Shown piece by piece: positions 39,901-51,868 of a stretch of 64,000 nt of DNA; position 1 is the first letter of the stretch, and each line of letters begins with the position of its first letter. Location of the stretch: positions 259,780,001-259,844,000 of the forward strand of contig OZ024741.1 of the NCBI GenBank assembly GCA_964016885.1, in the 5' to 3' direction. Below the pieces are notes generated by a model that saw only the letters and a list, made by a program, of their open reading frames with translations, was not told where the DNA came from and searched no databases. Position numbers and translations under genes: made by a program. This DNA comes from Eledone cirrhosa (taxonomy: Eukaryota).

Positions 39901-41334
39901 AAGTCGAAACACTCGTAAGTCGAAACACTCGTAAGTCGAAAAACTCGTAAGCCGGAACACTCGTAAGTCAGAACACTCGTAAGTCAGAACACTCGTAAGT
40001 CGAAACACTCGTAAGCCGAAACACCCGTAAGTCGAAACATTCGTAAGTCGAAACACCCGTAAGTCGAAACACTCGTAAGTCGAAACACTCGTAAGTCGAA
40101 ACACCGTAAGTCAAAACACTCGTATGTCGAAACATCCGTAAATCAGAACACTCCTAAGTCAAAACACTCGTAAGTCGAAACACTCGTAAGTCAAAAATAC
40201 TCGTAAGTCGAAACACCCTTAAGTAAAAACACTCGTAAGTCGAAACACTCGTAAGCCGAAACACCCGTCAGTTAAAACACCCGTAAGTCGAAACACTCGT
40301 AAGTCAAAACTCTCGTACGCCGAAACACTCGTAAGTAAAAACATTAGTAAGTCGAAACACTCGTAAGCCGAAACACCCGTAAGTCAAAACATTCGTAAGT
40401 CAAAACACTCGTAAGTCGAAACACCCGTAAGTCGAAACACTCGTATGTCGAAACACTCGTAAGCCGAAACACCGTAAGTAAAAACACTCGTAAGTCTAAA
40501 CACCCACAAGTCGAAACACTCGTAAGCCGAAACACTCGTAAGTCGAAACACTCATAAGCCGAAACACTCGTAAGTCGGAACACTCGTAAATCAGAACACC
40601 CGCAAGTCAGAACACTCGTATCGAAACACTCGTATGTCAAAACACCCGTAAGTCAAAACACTCGTAAGTCGAAACACTCGTAAGCCGAAACACCGTAAGT
40701 AAAAAAACTCGTAAGTCGAAATACTCGTAAGTCGAAACACTCGTAAGCCGAAACAATCGTAATTCAAAACACTCGTAAGTCGAAACACTCGTAAGCCGAA
40801 ACAATCGTAAGTCGAAACACTCGTAAGCCGAAAATACTCGTAAGTCGGAACACCCGTAAGCCGAAACACTCGTATGTCGAAACACTCGTAAGCCGAAACA
40901 ACATAAGTAAAAACACTCGTAAGTCGAAACACCCATAAGTCGAAACACTCGTAAGCCGAAACACTCGTAAGTCGAAACACTCATAAGCCGAAACACTCGT
41001 AAGTCGGAACACTCGTAAATCAGAACACCCGCAAGTCAGAACACTCGTAAATCAGAACACTCTTAAGTCGAAACTCACGTACGCCGAAACACTCGTAAGT
41101 CGAAACACTCGTAAGTCGAAACATCCTTAAGTCGAAACACTCGTACACCGAAACACTCGTAAGTATAAACATTAGTAAGTCGAAACACTCGTATGTCGAA
41201 ACACTCGTAAACCGAAACACTCGTAAGTCGGAACACTCGTAAGTCAGAACACTCGTAAGTCAGAACACTCGTAAGTCGAAACACTCATAAGTCGAAACAC
41301 TCGTAAGTCGAAACACCCGTAAGTCGAAACACCC
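33942..41334. repeat. HOR-A copy 4 (part of the ~13.9-kb duplication)
   Basis: ORF track is identical to copy 3 at +13902 (20092/33994, 23365/37267, 27118/41020). Confidence 0.93.
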
Positions 41335-43097
41335 GTAAGTCGAAACACTCGTATGTCGAATAACTCGTAAGCCGAAACACCGTAAGTCAAAACACTCGTA
41401 AGTCGAAACACTCGTAAGTCGAAACACCCATAAGCCGAAACATTCGTAAGCCAAAACATTCGTAAGTCGAAACACTCGTAAACCGAAACACTCGTAAGCC
41501 AAAACATTCGTAAGTCGAAACACTCGTAAGTCGAAACACCCATAGCCGAAACACTTGTAAGTCTGAACACACGTAAGTCAGAACACCCGTAAGTCAGAAC
41601 ACTCGTAAGTCAGAACACTCGTAAGTCAGAACACTCGTAAGTCAGAGCACTCGTATCGAAACACTCGTATGTCAAAACACCCGTAAGTCAAAACACTCGT
41701 AAGTCGAAACACTCGTAAGCCGAAACACCGTAAGCCAAAACACTCGTAAGTCGAAACATCCGTAAGTCGGAACACTCGTAAGTCGAAACACTCGTAAGTC
41801 GAAACACTCGTAAGCCGAAACACTCGTAAGCCGAAACACTCGTAAGTCGGAACACTCGTAAGTCGGAACACTCGTAAGTCAGAACACTCGTAAGTCAGAG
41901 CACTCGTATCGAAACACTCGTATGTCAAAACACCCGTAAGTCAAAACACTCGTAAGTCGAAACACTCGTAAGTCGAAACACTCGTAAGCCGAAACAATCG
42001 TAAGTCAAAACACTCGTAAGTCGAAACACTCGTGAGCCGAAAATACTCGTAATTCGGAACACCCGTAAGCCGAAACCCTCGCAGGTCGGAACACTCGTAA
42101 GTCGAAACACTCGTAAGACGAAACACCCGTAAGTCGGAACACTCGTAAGTCAGAATACTCGTAAGTCGAAACACTCGTAAACCGGAACACCCGTAAGGCA
42201 AAACATTCGTAAGTCAAAACACTCGTAAGTCGAAACACTCGTAAGCCGAAACACTCGTAAGTCGAAACACTCGTAAGTCGAAACACCCGTAAGTCGAAAC
42301 ATCCGTAAGTCAAAACACTCGTATGTCGAAACACTCGTAAGCCGAAACACTCGTAAGTCGGAACACTCGCAAGTCAGAACACTCGTAAGTCAGAACACTC
42401 GTAAGTTGAAACACTCGTAAGTCGAAACACCCGTAAGTCGAAACGCCCGTAAGTCAAAACACTCGTATGTCGAAACAATCGCAAGCCGAAAAACCGTAAG
42501 TCAAAACACTCGTAAGTCGAAACACTCGTAAGTCGAAACACTCGTAAGCGGAAACACTCGTAAGCGAAAACATTCGTAAGTCGAAACACTCGTAACCCGA
42601 AACACTCGTAAGTCGAAACACTCGAAAGCCGAAACACTCGTAAGTCGAAACACTCATAAGCCGAAACACTCGTAAGTCGGAACACTCGTAAGTCAGAACA
42701 CCCGTAAGTCAGAACACTCGTAGTCAGAACACTCGTAAGTCGAAACACTCGTAAGCCGAAACAATCGTAAGTCGAAGCACTCGTAATCCGAAACACTCTT
42801 AAGTCGAAACACTCGTAAGTCGGAACACTCGCAAGTCAGAACACTCGTAAGTCAGAACACTCGTAAGTCGAAACACTCGTAAGCCGAAACACCCGTAAGT
42901 CAAAACATCCGTAAGTCAAAACATTCGTAAGTCGAAACACCCGTAGTCGAAACACTCGCAAGTCGAAACACTCGTAAGTCGAAACACGCGTAAGTCGAAA
43001 CACATGTATGTCAAAACACTCTTAAGTCAAAACACTCGTAAGCCGAAACACTCGTAAGTCGAAACACTCGTAAGTCGAAACGCTCGTAAAGCGAAAC

Positions 43098-43166
43098 GTA
43101 TAAATAAAGATTAATGTAATGAATTTGAAAAGCATAGAGATTTGAAACCGCGTCTATTTGTTATTT
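43098..43166. repeat. 69-bp island, copy 7 (haplotype C)
   Basis: Copy 5 at +13902. Confidence 0.97.
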
Positions 43167-43991
43167 TCGTAAGTCGAAACACTCGTAAGCCGAAACACTC
43201 GTGAGCCGAAACACTCGTAAGTCGGAACACTCGTAAGTCAGAACACTCGTAAGTCAGAACACTCGTAAGTTAGAACACTCGTAAGTCAGAACACTCGTAA
43301 GTCAAAACACCCGTAAGTCAAAACACTCGTAAGTCGAAACACTCGTAAGCCGAAACACCGTAAGCCAAAACACTCGTAAGTCGAAACACCCGTAAGTCGG
43401 AACACTCGTAAGTCGAAACACTCGTAAGTCGAAGCACTTGTAAGCAGAAACACTCGTAAGCCGAAACACTCGTAAGTCGGAACACTCGTAAGTCGGAACA
43501 CTCGTAAGTCAGAACACTCGTAAGTCAGAACACTCGTAAGTCAGAACACTCGTAAGTCGAAACACTCGTATCGAAACACTCGTATGTCAAAACACCCGTA
43601 AGTCAAAACACTCGTAAATCGAAACACTCGTAAGTCGAAACACTCGTATGTCGAAACATCCGTAAATCAGAACACTCGTAAGTCGAAACACTCGTAAGTC
43701 GAAACACTCGTAAGCCGAAACACTCGTAAGTCGAAACACTCGTATCGAAACACTCGTAAGTCGAAACACCCTTAAGTCAAAACACTCGTAAGCCAAAACA
43801 CTCGTAAGTCGAAACACTCGTAAGTCGGAACACTCGTAAGTCAGAACACTCGTAAGTCAGAACACTCGTAAGTGGAAACACGCGTAAGTCGAAAGACCCG
43901 TAAGTCAAAAATCTCGTTAGTCAAAACACTCGTAAGCCGAAACACTCGTAAGTCGAAACACTCGTAAGTCGAAACATTCGTAAAGCGAAAC

Positions 43992-44060
43992 GTATAAATA
44001 AAGATTAATGTTATGAACTTAAAAAGCATAGAGATTTGAAACCGCGTCTATTTGTTATTA
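43992..44060. repeat. 69-bp island, copy 8 (haplotype D)
   Basis: Copy 6 at +13902. Confidence 0.97.
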
Positions 44061-47000
44061 TCGTAAGTCGAAACACTCGTAAGTCAGAACACTCGTAAGT
44101 CAGAACACTCGTAAGTCAGAACACTCGTAAGTCAGAACACTCGTAAGTCAGAACACTCTTAAGTCAGAACACTCGTATCGAAACACTCGTATGTCAAAAC
44201 ACCCGTAAGTCAAAACACTCGTAAGTCGAAACACTCGTAAGTCGAAACACTCATAAGCCGAAACACTCGTAAGTCGGAACACTCGTAAGTCAGAACACCC
44301 GTAAGTCAGAACACTCGTAGTCAGAACACTCGTAAGTCGAAACACTCGTAAGCCGAAACACTCGTAAGTCGAAACACTCGTAAGTCGAAACATCCTTAAG
44401 TCGAAACACTCGTACACCGAAACACTCGTAAGTAAAAACATTAGTAAGTCGAAACACTCGTAAGCCGAAACACTCGTAAGTCGAAACACCCGTAAGTCGA
44501 AACACCCGTAAGTCAAAACACTCGTATGTCGAAACACTCGTAAACCGAAACACTCGTAAGTCGGAACACTCGTAAGTCAGAACACTCGTAAGTCAGAACA
44601 CTCGTAAGTCGAAACACTCATAAGTCGAAACACTCGTAAGTCGAAACACCCGTAAGTCGAAACACTCGTATGTCGAATAACTCGTAAGCCGAAACACCGT
44701 AAGTCAAAACACTCGTAAGTCGAAACACTCGTAAGTCGAAACACCCATAAGCCGAAACACTCGTAAGCCAAAACATTCGTAAGTCGAAACACTCGTAAAC
44801 CGAAATACTCGTAAGCCAAAACATTCGTAAGTCGAAACACTCGTAAGTCGAAACACCCATAGCCGAAACACTCGTAAGTCGGAACACACGTAAGTCAGAA
44901 CACCCGTAAGTCAGAACACTCGTAAGTCGAAACACTCATAAGTCGAAACACTCGTAAGTCGAAACACCCGTAAGTCAGAACACTCGTAAGTCAGAACACT
45001 CGTAAGTCAGAGCACTCGTATCGAAACACTCGTATGTCAAAACACCCGTAAGTCAAAACACTCGTAAGTCGAAACACTCGTCAGCCGAAACACCGTAAGC
45101 CAAAACACTCGTAAGTCGAAACACCCGTAAGTCGGAACACTCGTAAGTCGAAACACTCGTAAGTCGAAACACTCGTAAGCCGAAACACTCGTAAGCCGAA
45201 ACACTCGTAAGTCGGAACACTCGTAAGTCTGAACACTCGTAAGTCAAAACACTCGTAAGTCGAAACACTCGTAAGTCGAAACACCCATAAGCCGAAACAC
45301 TCGTAAGCCAAAACATTCGTAAGTCGAAACACTCGTAAGCCGAAACACTCGTAAGCCAAAACATTCGTAAGTCGAAACACTCGTAAGTCGTAACACATAT
45401 AGCCGAAACACTCGTAAGTCGGAACACACGTAAGTCAGAACACCCGTAAGTCAGAACACTCGTAAGTCAGAACACTCGTAAGTCAGAACACTCGTAAGTC
45501 AGAGCACTCGTATCGAAACACTCGTATGTAAAAACACCCATAAGTCAAAACACTAGTAAGTCGAAACACTCGTAAGCCGAAACACCGTAAGCCAAAACAC
45601 TCGTAAGTCGAAACACCCGTAAGTCGGAACACTCGCAAGTCAAAACACTCGTAAGTCGAAACACTCGTAAGCCGAAACACTCGTAAGCCGAAACACTCGT
45701 AAGTCGGAACACTCGTAAGTCGGAACACTCGTAAGTCAGAACACTCGTAAGTCAGAACACTCGTAAGTCAGAACACTCGTAAGTCAGAATACTCGTAAGT
45801 CGAAACACTCGTATCGAAACACTCGTATGTCAAAACACCCGTAAGTCAAAACACTCGTAAGTCGAAACACTTGTAAGTCGAAACACCCATAGCCGAAACA
45901 CTCGTAAGTCGGAACACACGTAAGTCAGAACACCCGTAAGTCAGAACACTCGTAAGTCAGAACACTCGTAAGTCAGAACACTCGTAAGTCAGAGCACTCG
46001 TATCGAAACACTCGTATGTAAAAACACCCATAAGTCAAAACACTAGTAAGTCGAAACACTCGTAAGCCGAAACACCGTAAGCCAAAACACTCGTAAGTCG
46101 AAACACTCGTAAGCCGAAACAATCGTAATTCAAAACACTCGTAAGTCGAAACACTCGTAAGCCAAAAATACTCGTACGTCGAAACACCCGTAAGCCGAAA
46201 CACTCGTAAGTCGGAACACTCGTAAGTCAAAACACTCGTAAGTCGAAACAGTCGTAAGTCGGAACACTCGTAAGTCAGAACACTCGTAAATCAGAACATT
46301 CATAAGTCAAAACACTCGTAATTCGAAACACCCGTAAGTCGAAACGCCCGTAAGTCGAAACACTCATTAGCCGAAACACTCGTAAGTCGGAACACTCGTA
46401 AGTCAGAATACCCGTAAGTCAGAACACTCGTAGTCAGAACACTCGTAAGTCAAAACACTCGTAAGCCGAAACACTCGTAAGCCGAAACACTCGTAAGCCG
46501 AAACACTCTTAAGTCGGAACACTCGTCAGTCGGAACACTCGTAAGTCAAAACATTCGTAAGCCAAAATACTCGTAAGTCGAAACACTCGTACGTCGAAAC
46601 ACTCGTAAGTCGAAACACTCGTAAGTCGAAACATCCTTAAGTCGAAACACTCGTACACCGAAACACTCGTAAGTAAAAACATTAGTAAGCCGAAACACTC
46701 GTAAGCCGAAACACTCGTAAGTCGGAACACTCGTAAGTCGGAACACTCGTAAGTCGAAACACCCATAAGCCGAAACACTCGTAAGCCAAAACATTCGTAA
46801 GTCGAAACACTCGTAAGCCGAAACACTCGTAAGTCAAAACATTCGTAAGTCGAAACACTCGTAAGTCGAAACACCCATAGCCGAAACACTCGTAAGTCGG
46901 AACACCCGTAAGTCAGAACACCCGTAAGTCAGAACACTCGTAAGTCAGAACACTCGTAAGTCAGAGCACTCGTATCGAAACACTCGTATGTAAAAACACC

Positions 47001-48487
47001 CATAAGTCAAAACACTAGTAAGTCGAAACACTCGTAAGCCGAAACACCGTAAGCCAAAACACTCGTAAGTCGAAACACCCGTAAGTCGGAACACTCGTAA
47101 GTCAAAACACTCGTAAGTCGAAACACTCGTAAGCCGAAACACTCGTAAGCCGAAACACTCGTAAGTCGGAACACTCGTAAGTCGGAACACTCGTAAGTCA
47201 GAACACTCGTAAGTCAGAACACTCGTAAGTCAGAACACTCGTAAGTCAGAATACTCGTAAGTCGAAACACTCGTATCGAAACACTCGTATGTCAAAACAC
47301 CCGTAAGTCAAAACACTCGTAAGTCGAAACACTCGTAAGTCGAAACACTCGTATGTCGAAACATCCGTAAATCAGAACACTCGTAAGTCGAAACACTCGT
47401 AAGTCGAAACACCCGTAAGTCGGAACACTCGTAAGTCGAAACACTCGTAAGTCGAAACACCCATAGCCGAAACACTCGTAAGTCGGAACACACGTAAGTC
47501 AGAACACCCGTAAGTCAGAACACTCGTAAGTCAGAACACTCGTAAGTCAGAACACTCGTAAGTCAGAGCACTCGTATCGAAACACTCGTATGTCAAAACA
47601 CCCGTAAGTCAAAACACTCGTAAGTCGAAACACTCGTAAGTCGAAACACTCGTAAGCCGAAACAATCGTAAGTCAAAACACTCGTAAGTCGAAACACTCG
47701 TGAGCCGAAAATACTCGTAATTCGGAACACCCGTAAGCCGAAACCCTCGCAGGTCGGAACACTCGTAAGACGAAACACCCGTAAGTCGGAACACTCGTAA
47801 GTCAGAATACTCGTAAGTCGAAACACTCGTAAACCGGAACACCCGTAAGGCAAAACATTCGTAAGTCAAAACACTCGTAAGTCGAAACACTCGTAAGCCG
47901 AAACACTCGTAAGTCGAAACACTCGTAAGTCGAAACACCCGTAAGTCGAAACATCCGTAAGTCAAAACACTCGTATGTCGAAACACTCGTAAGCCGAAAC
48001 ACTCGTAAGTGGGAACACTCGCAAGTCAGAACACTCGTAAGTCAGAACACTCGTAAGTTGAAACACTGGTAAGTCGAAACACCCGTAAGTCGAAACGCCC
48101 GTAAGTCAAAACACTCGTATGTCGAAACAATCGCAAGCCGAAAAACCGTAAGTCAAAACACTCGTAAGTCGAAACACTCGTAAGTCGAAACACTCGTAAG
48201 CGGAAACACTCGTAAGCGAAAACATTCGTAAGTCGAAACACTCGTAACCCGAAACACTCGTAAGTCGAAACACTCGAAAGCCGAAACACTCGTAAGTCGA
48301 AACACTCATAAGCCGAAACACTCGTAAGTCGGAACACTCGTAAGTCAGAACACCCGTAAGTCAGAACACTCGTAGTCAGAACACTCGTAAGTCGAAACAC
48401 TCGTAAGCCGAAACAATCGTAAGTCGAAGCACTCGTAATCCGAAACACTCTTAAGTCGAAACACTCGTAAGTCGGAACACTCGCAAG

Positions 48488-48787
48488 TCAGAACACTCGT
48501 AAGTCAGAACACTCGTAAGTCGAAACACTCGTAAGCCGAAACACCCGTAAGTCAAAACATCCGTAAGTCAAAACATTCGTAAGTCGAAACACCCGTAGTC
48601 GAAACACTCGCAAGTCGAAACACTCGTAAGTCGAAACACGCGTAAGTCGAAACACATGTAAGTCAAAACACTCATAAGTCAAAACACTCGTAAGCCGAAA
48701 CACTCGTAAGTCGAAACACTCGTAAGTCGAAACGCTCGTAAAGCGAAACGTATAAATAAAGATTAATGTAATGAATTTGAAAAGCAT
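48488..48787 (-). CDS. Speculative island-initiated micro-ORF (MLFKFITLIFIYT leader + satellite-encoded repeat), 99 aa; representative of 12 such ORFs of 62 or 99 aa
   Basis: True ATG in non-satellite DNA, and the leader is invariant across 4 haplotypes through synonymous-only changes. The rest of the ORF is open merely because the satellite minus strand is stop-poor. There is no expression evidence. Confidence 0.15.
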   Translation of the reverse strand: MLFKFITLIFIYTFRFTSVSTYECFDLRVFRLTSVLTYECFDLHVFRLTRVSTYECFDLRVFRLRVFRLTNVLTYGCFDLRVFRLTSVSTYECSDLRVF

Positions 48788-48818
48788 AGAGATTTGAAAC
48801 CGCGTCTATTTGTTATTT
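48750..48818. repeat. 69-bp island, copy 9 (haplotype C)
   Basis: Direct sequence match. Confidence 0.97.
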
Positions 48819-49500
48819 TCGTAAGTCGAAACACTCGTAAGCAGAAACACTCGTGAGCCGAAACACTCGTAAGTCGGAACACTCGTAAGTCAGAACACTC
48901 GTAAGTCAGAACACTCGTAAGTTAGAACACTCGTAAGTCAGAACACTCGTAAGTCAAAACACCCGTAAGTCAAAACACTCGTAAGTCGAAACACTCGTAA
49001 GCCGAAACACCGTAAGCCAAAACACTCGTAAGTCGAAACACCCGTAACTCGGAACACTCGTAAGTCGAAACACTCGTAAGTCGAAGCACTCGTAAGCAGA
49101 AACACTCGTAAGCCGAAACACTCGTAAGTCGGAACACTCGTAAGTCGGAACACTCGTAAGTCAGAACACTCGTAAGTCAGAACACTCGTAAGTCAGAACA
49201 CTCGTAAGTCGAAACACTCGTATCGAAACACTCGTATGTCAAAACACCCGTAAGTCAAAACACTCGTAAGTCGAAACACTCGTAAGCCGAAACATCCGTA
49301 AGTCAAAACATCCGTAAGTCAAAACATTCGTAAGTCGAAACACCCGTAGTCGAAACACTCGCAAGTCGAAACACTCGTAAGTCGAAACACGCGTAAGTCG
49401 AAACACATGTAAGTCAAAACACTCGTAAGTCAAAACACTCGTAAGCCGAAACACTCGTAAGTCGAAACACTCGTAAGTCGAAACGCTCGTAAAGCGAAAC

Positions 49501-49569
49501 GTATAAATAAAGATTAATGTAATGAATTTGAAAAGCATAGAGATTTGAAACCGCGTCTATTTGTTATTT
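49501..49569. repeat. 69-bp island, copy 10 (haplotype C)
   Basis: Direct match at +751. Confidence 0.97.
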
Positions 49570-50251
49570 TCGTAAGTCGAAACACTCGTAAGCAGAAACA
49601 CTCGTGAGCCGAAACACTCGTAAGTCGGAACACTCGTAAGTCAGAACACTCGTAAGTCAGAACACTCGTAAGTTAGAACACTCGTAAGTCAGAACACTCG
49701 TAAGTCAAAACACCCGTAAGTCAAAACACTCGTAAGTCGAAACACTCGTAAGCCGAAACACCGTAAGCCAAAACACTCGTAAGTCGAAACACCCGTAACT
49801 CGGAACACTCGTAAGTCGAAACACTCGTAAGTCGAAGCACTCGTAAGCAGAAACACTCGTAAGCCGAAACACTCGTAAGTCGGAACACTCGTAAGTCGGA
49901 ACACTCGTAAGTCAGAACACTCGTAAGTCAGAACACTCGTAAGTCAGAACACTCGTAAGTCGAAACACTCGTATCGAAACACTCGTATGTCAAAACACCC
50001 GTAAGTCAAAACACTCGTAAGTCGAAACACTCGTAAGCCGAAACATCCGTAAGTCAAAACATCCGTAAGTCAAAACATTCGTAAGTCGAAACACCCGTAG
50101 TCGAAACACTCGCAAGTCGAAACACTCGTAAGTCGAAACACGCGTAAGTCGAAACACATGTAAGTCAAAACACTCGTAAGTCAAAACACTCGTAAGCCGA
50201 AACACTCGTAAGTCGAAACACTCGTAAGTCGAAACACTCGTAAAGCGAAAC

Positions 50252-50320
50252 GTATAAATAAATATTAATGTAATGAATTTGAAAAGCATAGAGATTTGAA
50301 ACCGCGTCTATTTGTTATTT
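50252..50320. repeat. 69-bp island, copy 11 (haplotype B)
   Basis: Direct match at +751, AAATATTA variant. Confidence 0.97.
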
Positions 50321-51367
50321 TCGTAAGTCGAAACACTCGTAAGCCGAAACACTCGTGAGCCGAAACACTCGTAAGTCGGAACACTCGTAAGTCAGAACAC
50401 TCGTAAGTCAGAACACTCGTAAGTTAGAACACTCGTAAGTCAGAACACTCGTAAGTCAGAACACTCGTAAGTCGAAACACTCGTATCGAAACACTCGTAT
50501 GTCAAAACACCCGTAAGTCAAAACACTCGTAAGTCGAAACACTCGTAAGTCGAAACACTCGTAAGCCGAAACACTCGTAAGCCGAAACACTCGTAAGTCG
50601 GAACACTCGTAAGTCGGAACACTCGTAAGTCAGAACACTCGTAAGTCAGAACACTCGTAAGTCAGAACACTCGTAAGTCAGAACACTCGTAAGTCGAAAC
50701 ACTCGTATCGAAACACTCGTATGTCAAAACACCCGTAAGTCAAAACACTCGTAAGTCGAAACACTCGTAAGTCGAAACACTCGTATGTCGAAACATCCGT
50801 AAATCAGAACACTCGTAAGTCGAAACACTCGTAAGTCGAAACACTCGTAAGCCGAAACACTCGTAAGTCGAAGCACTCGTATCGAAACACTCGTAAGTCG
50901 AAACACCCTTAAGTCAAAACACTCGTAAGCCAAAACACTCGTAAGTCGAAACACTCGTAAGTCGGAACACTCGTAAGTCAGAACACTCGTAAGTCAGAAC
51001 ACTCGTAAGTCGAAACACTCGTAAGCCGAAACACTCGCAAGTCGAAGCACTCGTAATCCGAAACACTCTTAAGTCGAAACACTCGTAAGTCGGAACACTC
51101 GTAAGTCAGAACACTCGTAAGTCAGAACACTCGTAAGTCGAAACACTCGTAAGCCGAAACATCCGTAAGTCAAAACATCCGTAAGTCAAAACATTCGTAA
51201 GTCGAAACACCCGTAGTCGAAACACTCGCAAGTCGAAACACTCGTAAGTCGAAACACGCGTAAGTCGAAACACATGTAAGTCAAAACACTCGTAAGTCAA
51301 AACACTCGTAAGCCGAAACACTCGTAAGTCGAAACACTCGTAAGTCGAAACACTCGTAAAGCGAAAC

Positions 51368-51436
51368 GTATAAATAAATATTAATGTAATGAATTTGAAA
51401 AGCATAGAGATTTGAAACCGCGTCTATTTGTTATTT
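51368..51436. repeat. 69-bp island, copy 12 (haplotype B)
   Basis: Direct match. Confidence 0.97.
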
Positions 51437-51868
51437 TCGTAAGTCGAAACACTCGTAAGCCGAAACACTCGTGAGCCGAAACACTCGTAAGTCGGAACAC
51501 TCGTAAGTCAGAACACTCGTAAGTCAGAACACTCGTAAGTTAGAACACTCGTAAGTCAGAACACTCGTAAGTCAGAACACTCGTAAGTCGAAACACTCGT
51601 ATCGAAACACTCGTATGTCAAAACACCCGTAAGTCAAAACACTCGTAAGTCGAAACACTCGTAAGTCGAAACACTCGTAAGCCGAAACACTCGTAAGCCG
51701 AAACACTCGTAAGCCGAAACACTCGTAAGTCGGAACACTCGTAAGTCAGAACACTCATAAGTCAGAACACTCGTAAGTCAGAACACTCGTAAGTCGAAAC
51801 ACTCGTAAGCCGAAACACCGTAAGTCGAAACACCCGTATGTCGAAACACTCGTAAGCCGAAACACTCT

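Larger units (their letters stand above)
20040..47300. repeat. ~13.9-kb tandem duplication (20040-~33700 and 33942-~47300)
   Basis: ORF coordinates match at +13902 up to 31581/45483, then at +13886 (32623/46509, 33059/46945). The island pairs 29196/43098 and 30090/43992 match at the same offset. Confidence 0.92.
48545..50340. repeat. 751-bp island-containing sub-repeat (~2.4 copies; again at +11416)
   Basis: Islands at 48750, 49501 and 50252. ORFs 48938/49689 and 49239/49990. Confidence 0.9.
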
